The notes: generated by a model not told the origin, from the letters alone. DNA of 64,000 nt from Octopus bimaculoides (GCF_001194135.2 NC_068981.1:18270767-18334766); one strand, 5' to 3'. Positions 12,873-25,193 are shown, counted from the stretch's first letter. Made by a program: numbers and translations.

Positions 12873-13621
12873 GGGTCAGTTGGGTACCGTTTGGGAGAAA
12901 AACAGCTCCATGACACAATTCACTCTGCTAGTAAATTTGGGAACAACATGCTTGGCATTTGTGACAGAAGCTCCACTATGAACAGATGATGAACACACAG
13001 AACAACTGTTCGCTTGCTGCATCCCCTAACCATGTACGGAAGGTGATAAAAATCAAACATCCAGTCAACATCATGGTGTTTGAAGTGATCACTAGTGATG
13101 GCAACGTTATGCCTCCATTCATCTTCCCACATGGCCTCAGGCTCAACATGGAGGCCCTACATCAAGTGCCTGGAGGAGGTAGTGCTGCCCCGGGTCAAAA
13201 GGGTAGCTGTTGGAAGACTCTATGTCTGGCAACAGGACTCTGTACCATGTCACACAAGCCGGAGAACCCAGTCTTGGCTGTCAGACAATTTCTGTGACCA
13301 CACCAGCCTTAACATCTGGCCACCTAACTCCCCACAGTGCAACCCCCTTGATTATTATGTGTAGGGCACAGTTGAGTGAGAGACCAACAAAGTTCCTTAT
13401 AACACCAAAGATGAACTGAAGGCAAAGATTATGGCAGCATTCACCAACTTAAATAAAAAGACCATCCAGAAGAGCTGTAGGAGATTCTGAAGTAGTCTGA
13501 ATGCCATGGTTGAAGTGAATGGCGATTTTATTGAATAAATTTACTCTTTAGTATTTAAAGATATTTCTATGTAATTTTGGTAATTATATCTGTTATTTTC
13601 ATTTTCATATTCACCACACTC
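12873..13621 (+). pseudogene. DD37D (maT-type) Tc1/mariner transposase, C-terminal half plus right end
   Basis: KHPVNIMVFEVITSDG...YVWQQD...WPPNSPQCNPLDYY with 37 residues between the 2nd and 3rd Asp. One frameshift near 13157, TAG at the W codon after DYYV. Ends attcaccacactc followed by TA. Confidence 0.85.
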
Positions 13622-14552
13622 TATATATATATATATNNNNNNNNNNNNNNNNNNNNNNNNNNNNNNNNNNNNNNNNNNNNNNNNNNNNNNNNNNNNNNNN
13701 NNNNNNNNNNNNNNNNNNNNNNNNNNNNNNNNNNNNNNNNNNNNNNNNNNNNNNNNNNNNNNNNNNNNNNNNNNNNNNNNNNNNNNNNNNNNNNNNNNNN
13801 NNNNNNNNNNNNNNNNNNNNNNNNNNNNNNNNNNNNNNNNNNNNNNNNNNNNNNNNNNNNNNNNNNNNNNNNNNNNNNNNNNNNNNNNNNNNNNNNNNNN
13901 NNNNNNNNNNNNNNNNNNNNNNNNNNNNNNNNNNNNNNNNNNNNNNNNNNNNNNNNNNNNNNNNNNNNNNNNNNNNNNNNNNNNNNNNNNNNNNNNNNNN
14001 NNNNNNNNNNNNNNNNNNNNNNNNNNNNNNNNNNNNNNNNNNNNNNNNNNNNNNNNNNNNNNNNNNNNNNNNNNNNNNNNNNNNNNNNNNNNNNNNNNNN
14101 NNNNNNNNNNNNNNNNNNNNNNNNNNNNNNNNNNNNNNNNNNNNNNNNNNNNNNNNNNNNNNNNNNNNNNNNNNNNNNNNNNNNNNNNNNNNNNNNNNNN
14201 NNNNNNNNNNNNNNNNNNNNNNNNNNNNNNNNNNNNNNNNNNNNNNNNNNNNNNNNNNNNNNNNNNNNNNNNNNNNNNNNNNNNNNNNNNNNNNNNNNNN
14301 NNNNNNNNNNNNNNNNNNNNNNNNNNNNNNNNNNNNNNNNNNNNNNNNNNNNNNNNNNNNNNNNNNNNNNNNNNNNNNNNNNNNNNNNNNNNNNNNNNNN
14401 NNNNNNNNNNNNNNNNNNNNNNNNNNNNNNNNNNNNNNNNNNNNNNNNNNNNNNNNNNNNNNNNNNNNNNNNNNNNNNNNNNNNNNNNNNNNNNNNNNNN
14501 NNNNNNNNNNNNNNNNNNNNNNNNNNNNNNNNNNNNNNNNNNNNNNNNNNNN

Positions 14553-14760
14553 CTTGCTAATAGAAATTGAAAAAATGTGGCACCTCAAGGCGACTACCGT
14601 ACCAGTGATTGTAGGATCTGTAGGAACGATAAAAAAAGGTACTGAAACCTATTTGAAAATGATACCAGGCTTACCATCCCTACAGGGAGTGCAAAAAATC
14701 GTGTTAACTGGAATGACTCATGTACTGAGAAGAGCATTATCGCTGTGAAAACAACATCAA
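14553..14760 (+). pseudogene. R4/Dong-like non-LTR retrotransposon, C-terminal restriction-like endonuclease region
   Basis: LIEIEKMWHLKATTVPVIVGSVG...QKIVLTGMTHVLRRAL matches the clade terminus EI.R.W...P.V.GA.G...Q..ALLGTA.ILR.VL. Confidence 0.65.
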
Positions 14761-15246
14761 TTCATGAATTTATTTATTTATTAATTTTTTTTTTAAATAC
14801 ATATTTTACCTGTGAATTTGCGTGTGTAAACTGGGAATGCATACAATGAGTTTCTCTGCCCTAGGTGTACAGAAAACACTCGGCGAGAAATGGAAGAAAA
14901 TTTGAAGAAAGAAGAAAAAAAAGACAACATAATAATAATAATAATAACTATCATAATTGTACATCACTCAAATCAGATGAATCCAATAATGGAAAAGTAA
15001 TGTTTCAAATCAGTCCAAAAATGTTTCTACACTCATTTTCGATGATAAAGTTTTTCAGGAGGATGTTCAAAATGTTTTCATTGACCCCACCAAAATTTGA
15101 GGGTGTCTGTTTCTGAACCTATGGTCTTAATCAGTCAGCTGACACTACAATTAATCAATGAGTAGCTACTATTTAATCTCAGGTCACCACTGCTCAAACA
15201 GATGTCTGATTATAAGAATTCCAGCAATGAGCAACCCATCTTCTTC

Positions 15247-15590
15247 ATCATCATCGTCATCATCATCGTTTAACGTCCGCTTTCCATGCTAGCACGGGTT
15301 GGACGATTTGACTGAGGACTGGTGAACCAGATGGCTACACCAGGCTCCAATCTGATTTGGCAGAGTTTCTGCGGCTGGATGCCCTTCCTAACGCCAACCA
15401 CTCTGAGAGTGTAGTGGGTGCTTTTACATGCCACCGGCATGAGGGCCATTCAGGCGGTACTGGCAATGGCCATGCTCAAAATGGTGTATTTTACATGCCA
15501 CCTGCACAGTCCAGTGGCACTGGCAACCGATCTCGCTTGAGTGACTTTTCACGTACCACCAGCACAAATGCCAGGAAGGCGATGCTGGTA
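15247..15590 (-). mobile_element. RTE 3'UTR fragment
   Basis: (CAT)n tail plus the conserved 3'UTR body and modules. Confidence 0.7.
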
Positions 15591-15659
15591 ACAATCATGT
15601 CAAATCTTTTGTTCAGGACTACATTGTTCAACGTATTTGAAGGCACATGGCTTACTTTT

Positions 15660-15960
15660 TAGGGCATTAGGTTCACGGTTGTAAGGTCATGAATTCAATT
15701 CCTGGTGACGTGTTGTGTCCTTGAGCAAGACACTTTATTTCCCATTGCTCCAGTCCACTCAGCTGGCAAAAATGAATTTAGTCTGTAATTCAAAGGGCTA
15801 ATCTTATCACATTCTGTGTCATGCTTAGTCTCCCTGAGAACTACATTAAGGGTACAAGTGTCTGTGGAATGCTCAGCCACTTGCATGTTAATTTCACGAG
15901 CAGGCCGTTCTGTTGATCAGATCACCTGGAACCCTTGTCACCATAACTGATGAAATGCTT
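15660..15960 (+). mobile_element. SINE family D variant
   Basis: tRNA-like head (aggtcatgaattcaattcctgg) and family-D body. Confidence 0.65.
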
Positions 15961-16531
15961 GTTTATTTGATGTATCTTTCCATTTTTTAGTTTGGACATG
16001 CATGATCTGAGGGAGATTTGGTTCCTATTTCTACCAGGTCAATTGACTAGATAGATGTACTGTCATTGGTTTGTCAACCAATCACTTAACTGTTTTAGTA
16101 AGGTTCTAACCAACTGGACAATATCTCAATTCTTTATATCTTACCCCTGCAACTTTGAATTATCCTTGCTAACAACATTCAACACTTTCAGCTGCATTTA
16201 ATCAAGCAGTACATAGGTACAATGAGTATGTGCATTTCACCACTTACAACAGTGGGAGTACTGTATAATTAACAAATGCTTTGCTACTTTGTATTCCTGA
16301 GTTCAGTTTCTACCATGGCGAGGATCTTAGAAAGTAGCATTTGAATCAAATAACAACCCCCAAAGATAAATGGAATACAACCAACTGAACCTTTTCATGA
16401 CACACAGCATAAAGGTGGAGTAATCAGTGGAGGTCTCACACACAATAAGCCAACAGCATTTCATATCAAGTATTCAGTGGAATAGAGAACATATTCTTAT
16501 TCTTTTGATCTTGTTCATTTTACAAGTTATT

Positions 16532-17000
16532 ACCAGCACCAGCACCACCAAGACCACGACAATGATGATGACGACGACGATGATGATGACCACCACCACC
16601 ACCACCACCACCACGACAATGACGATGACGACGATGATGACCACCACCACCACCAAGACCACAACAATGATGATGACAATGATCGCCACCACCACCGCTG
16701 CCGCCGCTGCCGCCGCTGCCGCCGCTGCCACCGTCTCGACCACCACCTCCACCACCGCCACGACCACCACCTCCACCACCACCACCACTACCACCTCCAC
16801 CACCATTATCAGCAACAGCAACAGCATTATTTTATTGTTATTATTATTACTGTTGTTTATTATTATTATCATTACTACTATTGCTATGGTTGTTGTGTTG
16901 CAATTATTATTATTATTATTATTGTTGGTTGTTTTTGTTATTGTTGCTGCTGCTGCTGTTGTTGTTATTGTTGTTGTTGTTAGCACTATTATTATTATTA
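16532..17000. repeat. Compound trinucleotide array (ACC/ACG/ATG/GCC/ATT/GTT)
   Basis: Direct reading; produces the poly-T/A/L/V spurious ORFs. Confidence 0.95.
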
Positions 17001-17018
17001 AAATGAAACTCGTTGCAG

Positions 17019-17225
17019 ACAGACACATCAAAGTGGGCTGAAATCAATCTGAAACTTATCGAGAGCAAAATAGAAAAGGACAAAGTTGTACCAGAGAGTG
17101 AAAATTTGTGTGAACTTCTGAACAAAGTCATAGGCCATTGTACACCAGTTGGAACAATCACCTGTTTCCTGAAGACATTTGGCATTGATTATTATAGTCA
17201 TGTCTCACTAACTATTGACAGCCAT
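17019..17225 (+). CDS. BAIAP3-like: Coding exon: TDTSKWAEINLKLIESKIEKDKVVPESENLCELLNKVIGHCTPVGTITCFLKTFGIDYYSHVSLTIDSH
   Basis: Acceptor ttgcag| and donor CAT|gtaaga. 207 nt, phase 0-0, lies inside track ORF 17013..17261. TDTSKW parallels TGTTEW/RGNREW at the family exon start. Confidence 0.75.
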
Positions 17226-17553
17226 GTAAGAAACATTTTTAAGTATCAAATTTATCATTGACTTAACCATTTATCGATAATAAGCATGTACAGTCATCAT
17301 ATCAGCTCATCCTTATCACAGTAACCATAATAATAATAATTGTTGAAATTATTAAGAGATGATTGATGAAAGTATTAATTTTCTCTTGAGTGATTGCAGT
17401 AAGCTAGCACAAAAAGAAGATAAACACAGGTGAGACTGTGAAAGTAAATGAGTGCCTTGGGATGTCAGCTTAGTGTGCAGCTTCAAAACAACAGGAAAGT
17501 GGTATGAATACAAAGCAAATCAGAGGCTGTGAGAGAGAATAAGAATTACAGGT

Positions 17554-17663
17554 CCCCATGGGACTTCCCCATGGGACTTCCCCATGGGACTTCCCCATGG
17601 GACTTCCCCATGGGACTTCCCCATGGGACTTCCCCATGGGACTTCCCCATGGGACTTCCCCAT
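17554..17663. repeat. 13-bp minisatellite (CCCCATGGGACTT) x8.5
   Basis: Perfect units starting at 17554, 17567, ... 17645, then a partial unit. Confidence 0.95.
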
Positions 17664-17772
17664 AAAGACTGACTATACTATTGAAGTAAAAAGACCAGTT
17701 ATGATTACAGAAAACAAAATAGTGTAAGATTAGAGACTTTGCAGCACCCTATGATGACAGAATTGAATCATT

Positions 17773-18200
17773 AGGCAGCGAGCTGGCAGAATTGTTAGCA
17801 CGCCGGGTGAAATGCTTAGCGGTATTTCATCTGCCGTTACATTCTGAGTTCAATTTCCGCCGAGGCCGACTTTGCCTTTCATCCTTTCGGGGTCGATTAA
17901 ATAAGTACCAGTTACGCACTGGGGTCAATGTAACCGACTTAATCCCTTTGTCTGTCCTTGTTTGTCCCCTCTATGTTTAGCCCCTTGTGGGCAATAAAGA
18001 AATAAGAAACGTTAGCACACCGGGCGAAATGCTTAGCGGTATTTCATCTGTCTTTACGTTCTGAGTTCAAATTCCGCTGAGGTCGACTTTGCCTTTCATC
18101 CTTTTGGGGTCGATAAACTAAGTACCAGTTGCGTAATGGGGTTGATCTAATTGGCTCACACACTCCCCCAAAATTTCAGGCTTTGTGCCTAGAGTAGAAA
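17773..18200 (+). mobile_element. Two family-A SINEs in tandem
   Basis: The second unit begins agaaacgttagcac directly after the first tail at about 18005. Confidence 0.75.
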
Positions 18201-18894
18201 AGAATAATGTAATGCATCAATAATGTTTCATTCTAAACTTTTCTCTGATTTGTCCAATTCAAATCTTTTATTTGCTTTCTTCTTAAAGTGAATTTTATGC
18301 CAATTCCACTACTGAAACCAGGTACTATCTATAGGAGTGTTTCTAGTTGTTTATCATCTGCATTCATCCTTATATAATATCCATATGTAAAAGATGGTTT
18401 ATTGTTTTTAATGTATTTGTATCCAGGTCCAGCCTGGCTTAGCACATTGGTGAGTTAATGCCAGACAGAAAAGATAGAATAATTACATAAAGACTGCATC
18501 ATTGGCTTGCATTTTGGTGGCTGTCATTATTGTTTAACCCTGGGCCAAACCTCATTGAGCAGACTGATGATCAAAAGCTTTCAGCTGAAATTATCTGGCT
18601 TTAGTAAGGGTATTTAAAATTACATCATCCATTGTAATCTTTGATTATTTAAAATGGTAGGGTGGAAAATAAGGGAGATTTGACTGTTATTTCTAGTGAG
18701 TCAGATCACCATATAAAGGTTCCTTTGTTGGCTCAGTGCACGGTGTTTATATTGACTGCTGTTGCTGTGTATAATGGGAATGATAGTGATGATGATGATG
18801 ATGAGGGATACACTATTGCAAGACAATTATTATTTGATTAATGGTTAAACTATTGTCACAATCAATCAAATTCTTCATGTTTGTTTTTCTCTAG

Positions 18895-19055
18895 ATTTCC
18901 AAGAAAGCAAAACAACTGATGCTTGAAATGGACAAATATCAGAAGAAATATTACCGAATCTCAGCCAATATCACGACAAGTTCTAAAGTATCTCTGCGAC
19001 TGTATATCACTTTACGGAAGTTATGTAACATAATGAAAGGCAATTTTAGCCAAAG
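18895..19055 (+). CDS. BAIAP3-like: Coding exon: ISKKAKQLMLEMDKYQKKYYRISANITTSSKVSLRLYITLRKLCNIMKGNFSQ(R)
   Basis: Acceptor tttgtttttctctag| and donor AAG|gtactg. 161 nt, phase 0 to 2, the other two frames are closed. SLRLYITLRKL matches the LFELYLTL motif entering MHD1. Confidence 0.8.
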
Positions 19056-19606
19056 GTACTGCCAGAGAATTTCATGATTGCATGTAAAATCTGTTTCACA
19101 ACTATCTTTCTTGGGTTCACTCCCACTACATGGAACCTTGGGCAAGTACCTTCTACTATAGCACTGAACTGACCAATGCCTAGTGCAGGAGTTTTCAACC
19201 ATTTTTATCTATAGACACCTTTGATTACTATTTTATTTGGGTGAACCTCCATGGTCATTCGATGTTTAAAAACTACCCACCGAGGTCAACTTTGCCTTTC
19301 ATCCTTTCAGAGTTGATAAATTAAGTACCAGTTGTATACTGGGGTTGAGCTAATCGACTGCTCCCCTGCCTCCTCAAAAATTTCGGGCCTTGTACCTAGA
19401 GTAGAAAAGAAGGTTTAAAAACTAAATTTTATAGATATTTCTATTTCTTTCAAAATTCCTATTTCGTTTTCCCACATTAGATTGTCCCACTCCTGCTAAC
19501 ATGAAAGACAGACATTAAATGATGATGATGATGATGATGATAGCTTGTGTAGGTTGAATTATGTAAGATGCTAGAGAAAGAAATCTTCTTTCTTGCAATA
19601 TATACC

Positions 19607-20003
19607 ACTCTCTTACTTGTTTCAGTCATTTGACTGTGGCCATATTGGAGCACCACCTTTAGTCGAGCAAATCGACCCTGGGACATATTTTTTGTAAGCC
19701 AAGTACTTATTCTATCGGTCCCTTTTGCCGAACCGCTAAGTTACGGGGACATAAACACACCAGCATCGGTTGTTAAGCAATGCTGGGGGGGACAAACACA
19801 GACACACAAACATGCATACACACATATATATACATATATACGACGAGCTTCTTTCAGTTTCCGTCTATCAAATCCACTCACAAGGCTTTGGTTGGCCCGT
19901 GGCTATAGTAGAAGACACTGGCCCAGGATGCCACACGGTGGGACTGAACCTGGAACCATGTGGTTGGTAAGCAAGCTACTTACCACACAGCCACTCCTGC
20001 ACC
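19607..20003 (-). mobile_element. SINE family B
   Basis: Full body in reverse, including head gagtggctgtgtggtaagtagcttgc. Confidence 0.8.
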
Positions 20004-20192
20004 AGGGGCACTTAGAATACTGTTGTGCATCCCTAGTTTATTGCTTTATTTGTGTGGACCCTGCCAAAATCTTATGTGGACCCTCAGGGGCCATATGCAT
20101 CCTGGTTGAGAACCACTGGCCTAGTGAGTAGATTTGATGTATGGAAATTGAAAGAAGCCTGTTATGTGTGTGTGTGTGTGTATACATAAATG

Positions 20193-20298
20193 CACTGCAT
20201 GGCACCTTGGGCAAGTGTCTTCTACTATAGCCTCAGGGTGACCAAAGCCTTGTGAATGGATTTGGTAGACGGAAACTGAAAGAAGCCTGTCATATATA

Positions 20299-20332
<34 letters not shown>

Positions 20333-20580
20333 CATACATATATATGTATGCATGTATGTGTGTGTGTATATGTTTGTGTGTCTGTGTTTGTCCCCCCAAC
20401 ATCGCTTGACAACTGATGCGGGTGTGTTTACGTCCCCCGTAACTAGTGGTTCGGCAAAAGATACTGATAGAATAAGTACTAGGCTTACAAAGAATGTCCT
20501 GGGGTTGATTTGCTCGACTAAAGATGGTGCTCCAGCATGGCCACAGTCAAATGACTGAAGCAAGTAAAAGAATAAAAGAA
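20193..20580 (+). mobile_element. SINE family B
   Basis: Forward body from cactgcatggcaccttgggcaagtgtc to the aaaagaataaaag tail. Confidence 0.8.
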
Positions 20581-20670
20581 TATATATATATATATGTGTG
20601 TGTGTGTAGATATAGATATTATGTATGTTTTCATATGTAGATGTGTCTTTATATGTCCTTCATCTTGCAG

Positions 20671-20797
20671 AGAACAGTTCTTGTTAGTCATTGCCAATTA
20701 TCAAAAATGGTTTCTGGAATCCTTGATCCACTGGCTGATGACGTTCAAAGTAGAATGCCAGAGTAGAATGTCCAAAGCACTAGAGATGGATAAAGAC
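20671..20797 (+). CDS. BAIAP3-like: Coding exon, MHD1 core: (R)EQFLLVIANYQKWFLESLIHWLMTFKVECQSRMSKALEMDKD
   Basis: Acceptor tccttcatcttgcag| and donor GAC|gtaagt. 127 nt, phase 2 to 0, completing the AG+A Arg codon from the previous exon. The Y/FxxWF...WL...R.xxA.x.D pattern is the Munc13-4/BAIAP3 MHD1 signature. Confidence 0.88.
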
Positions 20798-23700
20798 GTA
20801 AGTTATCTCTTGTGTTTCATTTAGTCAGTGATGTAACTAGTCCTACATGTTTAACCTGGTTTCCGGTGCAAATTTTCTAATGTGCTTATAACTTACCTGA
20901 TGTGTTTAGTTTAGACACCCTGGTGCAAATTATAGGATGTGTTTATGAGTTACCTTATGAGTTTAGCTTAAACTATGCTATATGCTAATAAATTTTTGAC
21001 ATATTACTGGCAACTGGCTCAATTAATAAATAATTGATGCATTAAATAGAGTGTGTCTCATGGTTTATTTTTTTAACATTTGATTTAAATTTCAGCTTTT
21101 AGCCAACACCTTGTCAGCATTTGAACTCAATTAAATATAGTGGAGAATTATTTTCGACTGTAAAGCTTGGTACAGTCTTCTGGCTCACCAGCTCCTGTCA
21201 AACCTTCCAACCCATGCCAGATGGAAAGCAGACATTAAATGATGATTGATGTTTTTTATAAATCTCTTTGTGGACATGAAAGGAGGAATTGGTCTGATGG
21301 GTTTTCATCCTTTATGGGAACTTTTTCAGGAATGAGTATTTGTCTGTAAATGTCAACAGAGACTTTGTATTTATAGCCACTAGAATTAAGAGCCTCATTA
21401 AACTGAAAAGTTTGATTTTCATAAATAATTCATTACTGGCTGCTAATTAAATTACTAAATTACTGACACATTAAGCAGTGTATAATTGATACTATAATTT
21501 TACCTTAAAGTAAATTAAAATTTTTAACCAATACAGTATGTCTGAGTAATAGTAATTTAATTTATAATTTAAAACTATAGAGTTTCTGATATGTTTGGCT
21601 TACTTTGCAATACATATTCACAAATGTATTTAGCACATTTCCAGATATAAGGATGTCTCATGTGATTATTATGGACTGTGATGTCAGTTGCCTGATGTGT
21701 GTAACTTAGTCTGAAGTGCAGATTATTCCTTAATGTAAATCATCTAACGTGCTTGGGTGAGGCCCTGGTGTGAGATGTCTGTTATGTCCGTGATGTAGTT
21801 TGTCTTTGTCTCAGACATGAGATGCTTCATGTGTTCAGTTTAATCTGTGATATAAATTGAGTTATGTGCTTACCTTGATCTTTGGTTACAATTTCTCATC
21901 TGTTTAGATTAATCTCCAGTGTAAGCTGCTGGATATATTTAGTTGAGTCTGCGATGTAAGTCGTCTAATATATTTAGCTTTGTCTCTGGTGTTTGCCACA
22001 ATACATTTGCAGTATTCATGGAGTTGCAGGGGTTGCCAGATATTGGTTAAGCATAACTCTACAAATCTGTCTTATGTTCCATTGCTCTGTATTTTCTGTA
22101 GGGGTTTACTAATTTAGACCTTTTTTAACGCTCAATAAAATAGCCTAACAAAGCAACAGGGTTTATTATTATAGTGAGCAGAGTTTGTGCTGATCCACTC
22201 CCACTCTCTCATCTCTCAAACTTGTATTGGTCAGGATGCAGGATTTGTACGAAGTTACCTTCTCTTAGATGAGGAGCTAAAGAACTGGAGGGCCTCATCT
22301 GTCCCAGGTCCATTAGGGTGTCTGTAAGTGACCTTCTAGAAGTATTTCCATGACATGCTAAATAATTCATAACTAGGATCCTATCAGGTGCTACGACACC
22401 TGGTTAGAGTAGGCCTGGAGATAATAGTGGCTTAGAGTTGGTTCCACACTCCCTAAAACCATGGAACTCTCAAACCAGGGTCCCACAATCAAATGCAGTT
22501 TAAAGGACCCAGGACGATCAATCTTGTGTATTTGAAATAAACTGTTCTATAATATCTAATGCTTTAAATGATGTGTTTAGTGTTAGACAGCAGTTTTAAC
22601 CTAATGTAGTGCCAAACAGTTGTACGATATCAGATGTGTTTATTGTTGAAATATTCATTAACATATGATGTGTTTAGTATTAGATTATCGAATGATATCT
22701 AATGGAGGTGGTAGTGTTCGACTGTTGTGTGATATTTGATATGTTTAGAAGTGTGATATCTGATATGGTTTGTCACAGGTTGCCCTATGACATCTGATGC
22801 ATTCAGTGCTAGATTGAGTTACGAAGAGTTTGACATCATAATTTACATGCCAAGAGCAATTAGTTAAGAGGTTTTTCTTTCAGTAGCAGGTACAGGAGAT
22901 GTGAATCAGTATGAAATACACTGATGAAGTTTGGCAGAAATAATGATTTAAAACATCTCAGTGTGTTTCAACAAGGGCATATTATGATGCCATTGTTATT
23001 ATTATAGAGAAGTCTTGAAGTTGAAGTGATATCAAATATAGTAAAGAGGTTTTTTGAAACTGGAGACAATAAAAAGGCTTCAAAAATCTGACAATAAATT
23101 TATTGGTCATAAATATCAAATAATATTTGTCATATATTAACATCAATGAAATCAATAATAAATAAAACAAATATATAATAATCACTAAAGATTACCGATT
23201 CTAAAACAGTTTTCCATTTCCAGTGCTGTAAACAAATCTAATTAACATATTTTATTTCCTACCTGATTATTGCAAATGTCATACTGTATTATATTTTCTG
23301 CGAGTGATATCTAGAAAAGGCTTCTAGAAAATGTCAGTAACAAACAGATAATACTATTCAGAAAGTCTGAAAAAAAAAAGTAAAAGAAAAAATGCAACAA
23401 TTATGTTTTCAGTTTGATATTTTCCATTTTTTGTTATATCTATTTGTCTGTGTTAGTATGGGTTAGAATGTTCTACAAATCTTTGTCGTCATCACCATCG
23501 TTGTTGTTGTTGTCATTGTTGTCATTGTCATTGGTATCGACATCAGCAGTGTTGGTGTTGCCATTGCTACCACCACCACCACCACCACCACCACCACCTC
23601 CACCGCCACCACCACCACCACCACCACCANNNNNNNNNNNNNNNNNNNNNNNNNNNNCATCACCACCACCATCATCATCATGATCATCATCTTTTAGCAC

Positions 23701-24863
23701 CCATCTTTCTTGCCTGCCTGATCTGAGGATCTGACAAGTCCAAGGGCTGTACTCCACTGTCTACTTTGGCATGGTTCCTATGGCTGGGTGCCTTCCCTAA
23801 TGCCAGTCACTTTACAGCATATGTTGAGTAGTGCTTTGTTTGTGTTACCAGCACTAGTGAGGTCACAATGCAGCTTACAAGACTAAGATCCCTGTTGACT
23901 GAGAGGGACTAAAATAGAGAGGGCGGCAGCTTTATACTAGGATATGAGAGGGTTGAAGTATGAGAAGGGCCAGAACTGAGCAGGTTTCTTGCTGCTGAGT
24001 TACTCACATTATTGTTGAGTCAAAAGTTTTGCAATATTTTGGTAACTTATGGCTCTGAGCTGGCAGAAACATTATCATGCCAGGTGAAATGCTTAGCGGT
24101 ATTTCATCTGTCTTTATGTTCTGAGTTCAAATTCCACCGAGGTCGACTTTGCCTTTCATCCTTTCAGGGTTGATAAATTAAATACCAGTTGCATACTGGG
24201 GTCGATCTAATCAATGGCCCCCTCCCCCAAAATTTCAAGCTTTGTGCCTAGAGTAGAAAGGAATATTTTGGTAACTTATTTACTTCATTCCTCATGTTAC
24301 ACACGAAATAAAAAAACAGCCTAGCATTCAAAGTAGGGGGCCATCATGGGGCACCATCTGAAGCCACCTTTCTGCCAGCTCTTTGATCCTATGATGATGC
24401 CTTGAAGGCACTTGGCTTTGTGGTTAGGGTGTTGGACTCATGATCCATAAGATTGCAATTTCGATTCCTGGACCGAGCAATGCGTTGTGTTTTTGAGCAA
24501 AACACTTCATTTCATGTGGCTCCAGTCCTCCCAGCTGGAAAAAATGAGCAACCCTGCAATGAACCAGCATTCCATCCAGGTGGGGAATTTATATGCCATG
24601 AAACCGGAGAACCAGCCTTCATGAGTTGGCATGACCCAAGAAGGTAACTTTACTTTTACCTTTTACACTGATACCAGTTCTTGACTTTTGGGGTGAAGAA
24701 CTCCTTCACTGGAGCTTCCACTACTTCTTGGTTGATGAAGTATCATGAGCGCAAGAAGTGAACCATGGATCAGAACAGGTAACAATCTGAGGGAGCTGGT
24801 GTGACATGAATTTGATTCGCTAAAGTTCCTGGAGTTTATTCCAGTGGTATGAGATCTTATGTC

Positions 24864-25193
24864 GTTCTATATTTAAGAGATGAGGAATTCTGTACATTAT
24901 TTACATTATTTACATTTGACGGATATTTGTCTACTAACCTCAAGATTCCGAGTTCGATTCCAAGCAGTGACCTGAATACAAATAATAATAATAACAACAA
25001 CATCGAAAAATACCTTAGGAATGAGAACCCAGGTTCGAAATTTTCCCAAGACACCTGAAGAAGGCTGGAGGATATATCAGCCGAATTGTTGTGTTAACAA
25101 CAAACAAGATAAGGAAAAATATCCGTCGAATGTAAATAATGTAAATAATAACAATAATAATTATAACATCGAAAAATACCTTAGGAATGAGAA
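24864..25193 (+). mobile_element. Short Penelope-like repeat with hammerhead motif; inverted 3' segment plus partial tandem copy
   Basis: 24864-24931 is the reverse complement of the element's 3' end, the forward unit runs 24932-25145, and a partial repeat follows to 25193. Homologous to 51030-51301. Confidence 0.6.
25050..25095 (+). ncRNA. Minimal type-I hammerhead ribozyme motif, core-mutated copy
   Basis: GACAC-CUGAAGA-A-GGCUG/CAGCC-GAAUU(instead of GAAAC)-GUU-GUGUU. Confidence 0.5.

Noticed and set aside
9158-14588. Long ORFs of 185-386 aa (also 25734-26855, 29344-30902, 38542-39267)
   Set aside because: They are open only because they span N-gaps; the flanks are microsatellite translations.
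16427-17041. 204-aa and 185-aa low-complexity ORFs resembling a mucin or membrane protein
   Set aside because: Translation of a compound trinucleotide array that lies in an intron of the MUN-domain gene.
22912-22973. CUGAUGA...GAAA within an inverted repeat
   Set aside because: No stem II and no NUH site; just a 13-bp inverted repeat.
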